From the NCBI GenBank assembly GCA_038046645.1, contig JBBSVU010000014.1, positions 1,512-65,511 on the forward strand: a DNA stretch of 64,000 nt. The letters are read 5' to 3'. This DNA comes from an archaeon (GTDB lineage Archaea > Iainarchaeota > Iainarchaeia > Iainarchaeales > 0-14-0-20-34-12). Positions 25,666 through 33,529 of the stretch are shown here, piece after piece. The stretch's first letter is position 1. Each line of letters begins with the position of its first letter. The notes under the pieces were generated by a model. It saw only the letters and a list, made by a program, of their open reading frames with translations, was not told the DNA's origin and made no database searches. Made by a program: the position numbers and the translations under genes.

Positions 25666-26460
25666 CTATAAATTTTTTGTTTTCTCGGCAAGATCTTTTT
25701 CAAGCTCTTCTGAAATATCCCGCTTTCCAAAATAATCGACCTTTAATGCCAAGGATAATTTTGAAGCCAAAATCCTTGCAACCTTTCCTTTGTGATCAGG
25801 CCTAGATTTCTTCACCAAAGGATGTTGATATAATAAGCCGTATTTTGGAGGCTTACTACCTGTTTTAAGGTGCTGAAATAATGCTTTTTCTGCACCCAAT
25901 ATTTGTATTGTGGAAGCAGGCATCTTAATTAAACGATTTAATGAACCTGCAATTGCAAGCATTTTAGCCCCTATCAAAGTTCCTGCCAGCTTTGAAAAGT
26001 TAGGCAATAAATTTTTCATTTCGGTGTCAATATATGCTGCTTCAGCATCTCTCTCTCCTTTCAAACTCAAACCTAATTTGCATAATGCCTGAATTCTTGC
26101 CAAATCTGCAGCTTGCATCACTGAGCCTATGCTTTCTTTAGCTAATTTCTCAAGCTTTTTTGCTGCATCAGCATTCTTGTAAATCGAAGAAATATTTTCT
26201 GCTGCAAAATTTTCCCTTAGCCCTATCTCTCCTACTAACCTCAAATACATATCATTTGAATTTACGTCTTTTTCAAGTTCTGGGAAATGCATTGCATACC
26301 ATTCACTTATCTGCTCGAAAAGAAGATTGAAGACTTCGTCCAATTGGTCTAATGCGCTTACTGCACGAATAATGTGGTTATCCCTTCTTTCATATGTTTC
26401 TTTTACCTTAGTCTTTGTATCTGCAATAAACTTTGACCGCAATTTTTCCAAATTAGCCAT
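25666..26460 (-). CDS. nop5: Nop5 (Nop56/58) C/D-box RNP protein, lacking the N-terminal domain
   Basis: The NOSIC-like EWYAMHFPEL motif sits at residue ~53, followed by the Nop domain (GAEKALFQHLKTGSKPPKYGLLYQHP). At 264 aa there is no room for the ~110-aa fibrillarin-binding NTD. Confidence 0.85.
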   Translation of the reverse strand: MANLEKLRSKFIADTKTKVKETYERRDNHIIRAVSALDQLDEVFNLLFEQISEWYAMHFPELEKDVNSNDMYLRLVGEIGLRENFAAENISSIYKNADAAKKLEKLAKESIGSVMQAADLARIQALCKLGLSLKGERDAEAAYIDTEMKNLLPNFSKLAGTLIGAKMLAIAGSLNRLIKMPASTIQILGAEKALFQHLKTGSKPPKYGLLYQHPLVKKSRPDHKGKVARILASKLSLALKVDYFGKRDISEELEKDLAEKTKNL

Positions 26461-26473
26461 TTAAAATCACGCA

Positions 26474-26716
26474 TTAAACATTAATTGAAATTAATTCAAT
26501 TTTTCGACTTGGCAACTCTTCCCTATGTTTTTCCATACTTTCAAGATATGCTTCTATGGCTTCTTTTATATTAACAATTGCTTCTTTTTTTGTTTTCCCA
26601 TCAGAAATGCAACCAGGCAAATCTAAACATTCTGCTACAAAAATACCTTCTTCATCCTTTGAAATTAAAACATTGAAAGACATAACTTTACCATTAACTA
26701 TATCAGTAATACCCAT
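26474..26716 (-). CDS. hicB: HicB-family antitoxin
   Basis: FVAECLDLPGCISDGKTKKEAIVNIKEAIEAYLES. Starts 1 nt after the hicA stop. Confidence 0.75.
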   Translation of the reverse strand: MGITDIVNGKVMSFNVLISKDEEGIFVAECLDLPGCISDGKTKKEAIVNIKEAIEAYLESMEKHREELPSRKIELISINV

Positions 26717-26717
26717 T

Positions 26718-26945
26718 TTAAATCTTCTCCAAGAGCTTTAACAAATCCTCTGATTTCAAATTGGCCTGCCTAAGAATAGCTTTTAATGTGCCTTTAGCAA
26801 TATTCTTCCTAACTGGCACTACCAACCTACAAATGCCTTCTTTAATCAAAATCAGATGGCTTCCTTTTTGATGATCGATTTTATAATCAATCAAACAAAG
26901 TACCTTACACAAATCTTTAGATGATATGACTGGTAACTTCACCAT
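26718..26945 (-). CDS. hicA: HicA-family mRNA interferase toxin
   Basis: MVKLPVISSKDLCKVL...HQKGSHLIL...VPVRKNIAKGTLKAILRQANL. The Met at 26945 fits the family N-terminus (track start is 26966). Confidence 0.75.
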   Translation of the reverse strand: MVKLPVISSKDLCKVLCLIDYKIDHQKGSHLILIKEGICRLVVPVRKNIAKGTLKAILRQANLKSEDLLKLLEKI

Positions 26946-27044
26946 CTCACCAACTCTCTTTAGCAAAAATAATAAAGATGCACAATATTAAAAAGCCTAT
27001 TCAAGGTACTTAGTATATTACTAATAAACCAAGAAGTTGATTTT

Positions 27045-28538
27045 ATGACTCATGACGATATTACAAATCTAGCACTAAGAAGGATGCTTTATTTTCCAAC
27101 AGCAGAAATATATGGGGGATTAGCAGGCTTCTGGGATTTCGGGCCAATAGGCCAGAGGATAAGGAGAAAAATAGTTGAATTCTGGAGAAAAGAACTTGTT
27201 GAAAGAGAGGGTTTTGTTGAAATCTCTGGTTCACAGATTCTGCCAGAAGCGGCATTTAAAGCTTCAGGGCACCTTGACAATTTTAATGACCCGATTGTGC
27301 AGTGCAACAAATGCAAATCATTATTTAGGGCAGATAATTTAATTGCAGACCATACTAAAGAAATAATTCCTGAATCAATGTCAACACAGGAATTAGGGAA
27401 TTTGATTAAGAAGCACCAGATTAAATGCACAAAATGCAAAAGCAATGATTTTAGCGAAGTGAAAAAATTCAACATGATGATTAAAGTAGATGTTGGTGCA
27501 ACAGGCGAAAATGTTGGTTATTTAAGGCCTGAAACCTGCCAGAATATTTTCCTGGATTTTACGCGCGTATTTAAGGCTGCAAGGGAAACATTGCCTCTTG
27601 GAATTGCACAGGTTGGCTCTTCATTCAGGAATGAAATTGCACCAAGAAACACATTGTTGAGGGAGCGAGAATTAGGGCAAATGGAAATTGAAATTTTCTT
27701 TGATTTGGATAAAATAAATGAGATTGAAAACTGGGATTCGGTTGAAAAGTATAAATTAAATTTGTTGAGATTGGAAAAAAAAGAAATTGAAAAAACTTCT
27801 TGCAGCGAAGCATTTGAGAAAAAAATTGTTTCAGGGAAAGTAATCGCATATTACCTTGCCAAGGTGCAAAAATTGTATGAAAAATATGGGTTTAAGATTG
27901 AAAATATGCGATTCAGGGAATTGGATAATGATGAAAGGGCATTTTATGCAAAAGAAACCTGGGATTTTGAAGTGCAAACAAGTTTGGGCTGGGTTGAGAT
28001 TATTGCCTGCAATTACCGCACTGATTATGACTTAAAAGGGCACTCAAAAGGAAGCAAGCAGGATTTATCTGTAAGCATTGAAGGCAAGAGAATAATGCCA
28101 CATGTGTTTGAAATCTCTGCTGGTGTTGACAGGACATTGTATGCAATGCTGGATGCTTCATATAGGCAAGAGAAAAGAGGCTCTGAGGAAAGGATTTATC
28201 TTGATTTGCCAACAGCAGTAAGCCCTTACACTGTTGCTGTTTTCCCATTGGTGAAAAAGGACGGGCTGCTTGAAAAGGGAAAAGAAATTTTAGAATTAAT
28301 TGAAGATTATGGCTTTGATGCTATTTTTGATGAGAAAGCAAGCATAGGCAGGAGATACGCAAGGGTAGATGAGATAGGGGTAAAATATGCAATCACAATT
28401 GATTATGATTCAATGAAGGATAACACTGTTACATTAAGGGAAAGAACCTCGATGGAACAGAAAAGAATCAAAATTAATAATTTAGCAGAATTGCTCTGGA
28501 AACTTTCTTTGAATAAAATAGAATTCAAAGAGGTGTAA
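27045..28538 (+). CDS. glyS: glycine--tRNA ligase (archaeal/eukaryotic alpha2 type)
   Basis: GFWDFGPIG, RPETCQNIF, FRNEIAPRNTLLRERELGQMEIE, EISAGVDR. 497 aa. Confidence 0.95.
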   Translation: MTHDDITNLALRRMLYFPTAEIYGGLAGFWDFGPIGQRIRRKIVEFWRKELVEREGFVEISGSQILPEAAFKASGHLDNFNDPIVQCNKCKSLFRADNLIADHTKEIIPESMSTQELGNLIKKHQIKCTKCKSNDFSEVKKFNMMIKVDVGATGENVGYLRPETCQNIFLDFTRVFKAARETLPLGIAQVGSSFRNEIAPRNTLLRERELGQMEIEIFFDLDKINEIENWDSVEKYKLNLLRLEKKEIEKTSCSEAFEKKIVSGKVIAYYLAKVQKLYEKYGFKIENMRFRELDNDERAFYAKETWDFEVQTSLGWVEIIACNYRTDYDLKGHSKGSKQDLSVSIEGKRIMPHVFEISAGVDRTLYAMLDASYRQEKRGSEERIYLDLPTAVSPYTVAVFPLVKKDGLLEKGKEILELIEDYGFDAIFDEKASIGRRYARVDEIGVKYAITIDYDSMKDNTVTLRERTSMEQKRIKINNLAELLWKLSLNKIEFKEV

Positions 28539-28540
28539 GC

Positions 28541-29608
28541 TTGACACCAAATAAAAGGCCTGGAAATGCTAAACCAAAAAACCATAACAGGTTAAAAGCC
28601 TGGAAAGCCAAACTAACAAGACCGCAAAAAGGACAGAAATATCGGCTTCCAGAACTAGAAAGAAAATTAAGGATAGCTGCTGATTTTTATAACCCTTCAA
28701 TTGTTGCCACTAAAAGATTTATTAATGAATTAAACAGGATGCACCAAATAGGGCATGTTGACCCAAGGGCATGCAGCAGGATGTTTAAGAACATTAGGAA
28801 ATTTAAAAATGATTGGATAATAAGACAGGCAGGGGTATGGCAAGCTTTGGGCGAACAATATCAAAATCATCCATTATTCAGGTCATTTAATCCTGAATCA
28901 GCATCCGCAGCAAGTCACAACCAACAAGATACACTTTCAACCGCAGGTACACAAATAGGTGTTGCTGGTGAAAAAATCCCCCGACCGTTATCAGGCAAAC
29001 CTGTAAAATCAGTGAGGATAAATAGATTGAAACAGGTAACGCTTGCACTAAAATCTTTACGGTTGTTTTTACATGTGCAGATTGCACACCAAAGGATTTT
29101 TTCAGGGAAAGTCTTTTTCAGGAATGCGGTGCTTTCGGATGTTTTGGAAGAAACTATGCGATCTGCGTTTGCAAAATTCAGGATAAAAACAAATATAAAA
29201 GCAAAGTCTAGATTGATTGTAAAGACAGATCCTTATGTTCTTGGTTTAACTATAGAAAATATCCTTACAAATGCGGCAAAAGCTGTAGAACCTACTTATG
29301 ATGAAGTAATGCACAGGGCAGATGGCCAAGCAACTGAAGCAAGACAGGGCGAAATAAATATTACAATAGGCAAAAACAGCAGAGGAAAGGCATACTTAAG
29401 CATAAGGGATAATGGATCTGGAATAGATAAAGAAAAATTAGGCCAAGTTGTTAATGGCATGGTTTATGGCTGGGAAGGCAAGCAAACAATAAGCGGCGGG
29501 GTAGGAATGCCACTTGTAAGCAGGGCATTGCATCTGCTTGGAAATGTAAAATTAAGTGCAGAAAGTGAAGTAGGAAAATTCACTGAATTTACGCTTACGT
29601 TTGACTGA
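28541..29608 (+). CDS. histidine-kinase-type GHKL ATPase domain protein with basic N-terminal region
   Basis: N box LTIENILTNAAKA, G1 IRDNGSGIDKEKL, G2 SGGVGMPLVSRAL. No TM and no clear H box. TTG start 2 nt after the glyS stop, with GAGGTG upstream. Confidence 0.65.
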   Translation: MTPNKRPGNAKPKNHNRLKAWKAKLTRPQKGQKYRLPELERKLRIAADFYNPSIVATKRFINELNRMHQIGHVDPRACSRMFKNIRKFKNDWIIRQAGVWQALGEQYQNHPLFRSFNPESASAASHNQQDTLSTAGTQIGVAGEKIPRPLSGKPVKSVRINRLKQVTLALKSLRLFLHVQIAHQRIFSGKVFFRNAVLSDVLEETMRSAFAKFRIKTNIKAKSRLIVKTDPYVLGLTIENILTNAAKAVEPTYDEVMHRADGQATEARQGEINITIGKNSRGKAYLSIRDNGSGIDKEKLGQVVNGMVYGWEGKQTISGGVGMPLVSRALHLLGNVKLSAESEVGKFTEFTLTFD

Positions 29609-29657
29609 TTGAATATCTTTTTATTACTGTTCAACAACATGTTTTGTAACAATGCTG

Positions 29658-29729
29658 GCCCCAATAGCTCAATGGCAGAGCATCACTTTCGTAAAGTGGG
29701 GGTTGAGGGTTCAACTCCCTCTTGGGGCT
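29658..29729 (+). tRNA. tRNA-Thr(CGU), no intron
   Basis: Acceptor GCCCCAA/TTGGGGC, D arm GCTC..GAGC, anticodon loop TTCGTAA, T arm GAGGG-TTCAACT-CCCTC, discriminator T. 72 nt. Confidence 0.95.
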
Positions 29730-29735
29730 AAAATA

Positions 29736-30407
29736 TTAAACCGTTTTCAGCAATTGCGGCAAGGCCTTTGCTTCTGCTTTTCTTAATAATTCTTGGAATG
29801 CCCTTCTATTCATTCCGCAACTTTGGGCTAACTCTTCCAGAGTAATATTTCTAGGCCAGGAATAATATCCTTTTTCCAGCGCTACTTTAATTGCCTGCGA
29901 TTGTTTTTCAGTTAATTGATAGGGCTTTTTATCCGGCTCAAATTTGTCAATGCTGAATACTTTCACTTCACCAACATCTTTTAATTCATCAACAGTCCTT
30001 GCAACTGCTTTTGGATTTGTGGTTAAAATATCAAATATTTCAAGGCCGCCCTTTTGTACGACCGGGGAAATGTAAAAGCTTTTCTCCTTTGCCACTACCC
30101 CATAAGTTGAGCTAGGGCTTTTAAAAATCATTAGGATAATTGCAAAATTCCCCACTTTTTTAAAAACATGCAATTCCTTTATTCTTGGCTCTTTTTTCAA
30201 TGCTGAAAGGAATTCATCCAGTTCTTTAGGGGAGGGGGCTTTTACCTGCCAGGATATTTTTACATATTCTGCATTCTTTGTCTTTTTGACAGTAAGAGGA
30301 TTGCTCAATTCTTTCATTTCAATATCAGGATATTTCCCTTGGAAATCCGAGCTAAAGCATCCTTGGTGATAAACACCAAATTTAGCTTCCTTGAGCTTTA
30401 TAGGCAT
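29736..30407 (-). CDS. HTH_10 (bacterio-opsin-activator-type) transcription regulator
   Basis: C-terminal LTEKQSQAIKVALEKGYYSWPRNITLEELAQSCGMNRRAFQELLRKAEAKAL. The N-terminus MPIKLKEAKFGVYHQGC is typical of the family. The track start (30446) would lie inside the IS right end. Confidence 0.75.
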   Translation of the reverse strand: MPIKLKEAKFGVYHQGCFSSDFQGKYPDIEMKELSNPLTVKKTKNAEYVKISWQVKAPSPKELDEFLSALKKEPRIKELHVFKKVGNFAIILMIFKSPSSTYGVVAKEKSFYISPVVQKGGLEIFDILTTNPKAVARTVDELKDVGEVKVFSIDKFEPDKKPYQLTEKQSQAIKVALEKGYYSWPRNITLEELAQSCGMNRRAFQELLRKAEAKALPQLLKTV

Positions 30408-30430
30408 AAGAATTAATAGTGTTTTTGTTA

Positions 30431-30600
30431 GTGACATCCTCCACACTGTGGCTTCCTAATTCATTGGCTGCTTAATAGCAGCCTCCAAAGGCATACAGGT
30501 CTTGTCCAGACCCAATTTTAATATATTCAATGCTGCATTGTAGTCCCTATCTATTTCAAGGCCACATGCACATTTATGTATTCTTTCATATAATGGTTTT
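30431..30600 (-). ncRNA. putative TnpB omega/reRNA region (position inferred)
   Basis: Established knowledge: TnpB guide RNAs overlap the tnpB 3' end and terminate at the IS right end. Here the RE boundary is only 25 nt past the stop codon. No structure was verified. Confidence 0.3.
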
Positions 30601-31589
30601 TTAACTATTGTTCCGCACTTGTAACACTTGCTTGTTGTGTCCCTTGGGTTTACTTTTACAAATGAAATACCAGCGCTCTCAGCCTTGTACTTTAGCATTT
30701 GTAGAAAGTTACTCCAAGAAGCATCCATTATGTTTCTTGCTGTGTACGATTCTTTTATTATATTTCTCACATCAAGGTCTTCTGCAGCTACAAAATCATA
30801 GTTGTTTACATATTTTCTAGATAGCTTATGCAGGAAATCATTCCTTTGGTTGCAGATTGTTTCATGCACGTTAGCTACTTTTATTTTTTGCTTTGTTCTG
30901 TTGTTTGAGCCTTTCTTCTTTTTGAAAAGTTTTCTCTGCTCTGTTGCTAACCTTTTCAGTGATTTATTAAGAAACATGGGATGATCAATATGATTGCCAT
31001 CGGAGTCATAAATGAAGTTTATTGTTCCTAAGTCAAGGCCTATTGATTTGTTTGTCTTTACTCTTGGTTTTTCTTTCATGTTATGGATGCATAATAAAGC
31101 AAACCATTTTCCTGAACATTCTTTTTTTATCTGCACCTGTTTTATTTCTCCATTTATTATTCTGTGGGTTCTTATGGAAAGAGAACCTATCTTTGACAAA
31201 TGTAGTTTGTTATATTTCTTATTTTTTATTTCAAGAACAAAGCCTGACTGGTTATAGGTAAAGGTTTTGAACCAGTCTTTTCCTTTGAATCTCAAACAAC
31301 CTATGTTCTTTCCATTTTTCTTTAGCCTTGACAATGCCCTTAGGTTTGAGAATAATCTGTAACATTCATACTGCAGTGTTTTGGAATATATTTCATTCAG
31401 TTCTGGATATTGTTCTTTTAGCTTAGGTATTGCTGCTTGTATTTCTGATTGGTTTATTTCTTTTTGTTTGTTTAATATTTCAAGCAGTTTGTTGTATGTA
31501 AAACGGCATTTATCCAGAACAAAAAACAGTTTTTGTTCTTGTTCCTTTGATGGATACATCCTGAATTTGTATGTAAGCAGCATGAACAA
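30456..31589 (-). CDS. tnpB: TnpB (IS200/IS605 OrfB) RNA-guided endonuclease, catalytic residues intact
   Basis: N-terminus LLTYKFRMYPSKEQEQKL; RuvC-I GLDLGTINF; RuvC-II FVAAEDLDV; Zn finger CYKCG...HKCACG; RuvC-III DRDYNAALNI. Confidence 0.9.
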   Translation of the reverse strand: MFMLLTYKFRMYPSKEQEQKLFFVLDKCRFTYNKLLEILNKQKEINQSEIQAAIPKLKEQYPELNEIYSKTLQYECYRLFSNLRALSRLKKNGKNIGCLRFKGKDWFKTFTYNQSGFVLEIKNKKYNKLHLSKIGSLSIRTHRIINGEIKQVQIKKECSGKWFALLCIHNMKEKPRVKTNKSIGLDLGTINFIYDSDGNHIDHPMFLNKSLKRLATEQRKLFKKKKGSNNRTKQKIKVANVHETICNQRNDFLHKLSRKYVNNYDFVAAEDLDVRNIIKESYTARNIMDASWSNFLQMLKYKAESAGISFVKVNPRDTTSKCYKCGTIVKKPLYERIHKCACGLEIDRDYNAALNILKLGLDKTCMPLEAAIKQPMN

Positions 31590-31716
31590 ATAAAAGCTTT
31601 TTGGGCTTTATAAAGGATTGGAGAGAGTAGATTTCCTGTGAACTCTACTCGCTTTCATCTACATCTTGAAAGATGCAGATTTCCCGCTCACACGGTTAAA
31701 AAGCCTTCTTCCCACC

Positions 31717-31791
31717 TTCTCTTTTCTTTCTTTTCTTTGGGATAAACCCTAGACTTTTCTTTTCTTTCGCAAAGAAAAGAAAAGGCTTGGG
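31717..31791 (+). repeat. half-copy (arm' + hairpin) of the hairpin element (copy D)
   Basis: TTCTCTTTTCTTTCTTTTCTTTGG-GATAAACCCTAGAC-[TTTTCTTTTCTTT-CGC-AAAGAAAAGAAAA]-GGCTTGGG. Collinear with the 3' third of the tRNA-Arg intron. Confidence 0.65.
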
Positions 31792-31794
31792 AAA

Positions 31795-31808
31795 GTGACA
31801 TATGTCAC
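31795..31808. promoter_or_regulatory. perfect 14-bp palindrome GTGACATATGTCAC upstream of the radical-SAM operon promoter
   Basis: The palindrome sits ~13 nt upstream of the TATA-like TTTAAAAC (31821-31828). The operon ATG is at 31862. Confidence 0.35.
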
Positions 31809-31861
31809 TAAATGTTCTTATTTAAAACAAACATAATTTACTTAGTAACTTGATAACGTGA

Positions 31862-32242
31862 ATGACTATGTTCATAGAATTTCTATATAGTATTATGACC
31901 CTGAATATTGGCTGGTTTGTGGAATTGTTTGCAAATAATATACTTCTGGCAGTTATGGTTCTCACTGCATTTGCAATATTCTACCAATTCAAGATGAAGA
32001 ACGCCATATTTGCCACTGCCCTTATTTTTATACAAATATGGGTAATTGATGAAACATTAAGCATGCTTGGCGCAGTTATGTTTGTCGGAAGCTTCCTGCT
32101 CATATACTATATCTGTAAGATGGGGGTATGGATTGCTGCAGATGAAGACCCAAAATTAAAAAAGCATTTAATTCCGATAAATGAAGCTGCATGGATGATT
32201 CCTTTGCTTGTATACAACCTGTTCAGGATGGGGATAATATGA
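31862..32242 (+). CDS. small polytopic membrane protein (about 4 TM), unknown function
   Basis: 126-aa hydrophobic ORF. Its stop overlaps the next start (ATGA at 32239-32242). Confidence 0.5.
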   Translation: MTMFIEFLYSIMTLNIGWFVELFANNILLAVMVLTAFAIFYQFKMKNAIFATALIFIQIWVIDETLSMLGAVMFVGSFLLIYYICKMGVWIAADEDPKLKKHLIPINEAAWMIPLLVYNLFRMGII

Positions 32243-32415
32243 GCATACTCTCAAGGATGATTGGAAGTTTAGTGCTTGCTATCTTGGCATTTGCGCTACT
32301 AAGCTCTCTGTACAACAATGGTGCTACAATGATTCACGAAGAATTATTTTCTGCCACAGGCATAGGGATATTATTTTTCTTCATGTGGATTGAATGGGAA
32401 TTCTTAAGGTTGTGA
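32239..32415 (+). CDS. 58-aa 2-TM membrane protein
   Basis: MSILSRMIGSLVLAILAFALL...GIGILFFFMWIEWEF. ATG at 32239 inside track ORF 32191, translationally coupled to the upstream gene. Confidence 0.45.
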   Translation: MSILSRMIGSLVLAILAFALLSSLYNNGATMIHEELFSATGIGILFFFMWIEWEFLRL

Positions 32416-32424
32416 TGTGAAAAT

Positions 32425-33525
32425 ATGAATTATAATTTTGACAATAAAGTGCATGCATGGGGTTATTTTTCAGAGGAATATTTGCAGCAGAATAAGGAAA
32501 AATTATTGACATTAGATATTGATTTTGGGGCAAATTGTTCATTAAACTGCCCACACTGCTTCAGGAGAAAAAATAAAGTTGATGAAATAGGAAAAACGCT
32601 TCTTACTTCAGGGGAAATCCTTGAAATATTAAAACAAGGCAAGGAATTAGGGTTGGAGTCTGTTAAATTTTTAGGTGCAGGTGAACCGTTTGAAGAACCG
32701 CAATTTATAGATTTTTTAGAAGAATTGCAGAAACTAAATATTAAAGCAAGCATTTTTACAAAAGGGCATGTATTAGGGGATAATAATCTTGCAAGAAAAT
32801 ATTTTTCACATAAGGGAATCAATTCTGCATTGGATTTATGCGAAAGAATAAAGGCATTGGATGCAAGCATTTTGCTTGGCTTTAATTCAATTAGCGCAAG
32901 CATACAGGACAGAATGGTTGGAAATATTCAGGGTTACACAGCAAAAAGGAATAAGGCTTTGGAGAATTTAATTAAATCAGGGTTCAATAAGGAAAAACCA
33001 ACAAGATTAGCCTTGATTCTTGCGCCACTAACAAAAGAAAATTATGATGAGGCATTTTGGATGTATATTTTTGCAAGAAGCATTAATGCACTCCCATTTA
33101 TTACTACCCCAATGGTAAGCGGAAGATGCTCAAATAATGAATATTTGGAAAGAATTAAAGTAAATGAAGAAGAACTTATTGAACTGTACGTAAAGATTAA
33201 CAAGTATAATATTGAACAGGGTTTGCAAACATTAGCGCAGTTGAAAAAAGAGGGAATTTCAATTTATGCAGGCGTACATCCCTGCAACCAAATAGCATGC
33301 GGAATGTACCTTACATTAAATGGCACTGTTTTAAGATGCCCAGGAGATGATGTAACTGTTTTTGGGAATGTAAAGGAAAAAAGCCTTAAAGAAATTTGGG
33401 AAAATTCTGAGAATTTTAAAAGAACAGGCACATTTAACTGCGGCTGCCCGCCAAAAGAGGGCATTACCTTGCCAAAAAATCTGCAAAGCGAAGTTTTGAA
33501 AAGATTGGAAAAAGAATTTGGATGA
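32425..33525 (+). CDS. radical SAM enzyme with Cys-rich C-terminal (SPASM/twitch-like) region
   Basis: CSLNCPHCF (Cx3Cx2C), GAGEPF (GGEP-like), and a C-terminal C-x4-C-x12-C-x33-C-x-C (HPCNQIACG...LRCPG...FNCGCP). Confidence 0.85.
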   Translation: MNYNFDNKVHAWGYFSEEYLQQNKEKLLTLDIDFGANCSLNCPHCFRRKNKVDEIGKTLLTSGEILEILKQGKELGLESVKFLGAGEPFEEPQFIDFLEELQKLNIKASIFTKGHVLGDNNLARKYFSHKGINSALDLCERIKALDASILLGFNSISASIQDRMVGNIQGYTAKRNKALENLIKSGFNKEKPTRLALILAPLTKENYDEAFWMYIFARSINALPFITTPMVSGRCSNNEYLERIKVNEEELIELYVKINKYNIEQGLQTLAQLKKEGISIYAGVHPCNQIACGMYLTLNGTVLRCPGDDVTVFGNVKEKSLKEIWENSENFKRTGTFNCGCPPKEGITLPKNLQSEVLKRLEKEFG

Positions 33526-33529
33526 GAAA

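Larger units (their letters stand above)
30431..31700 (-). mobile_element. IS200/IS605-family element of the tnpB-only (IS1341-like) type, 1270 bp
   Basis: Ends were defined by comparison with the 52-nt derivative at 47317-47368. Left end TTTAACCGTGTGAGCGGGAAATCTGCATC (31700 downwards) with hairpins at 31626-31650 and 31658-31680. Right end TGTGGAGGATGTCAC ends at 30431. Confidence 0.8.

Noticed and set aside
27290-27470. Four-Cys motif (CNKC...CTKC) in GlyRS as a novel zinc-ribbon insertion
   Set aside because: As far as I recall, archaeal-type GlyRS enzymes commonly carry Cys-containing insertions at this position. It is not evidently unusual.
30408-30446. Longer start of the HTH_10 gene (track start 30446)
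   Set aside because: The extra codons lie inside the IS right end (30431-30445). Family N-termini begin like MPIKLKEAKFGVYHQGC.
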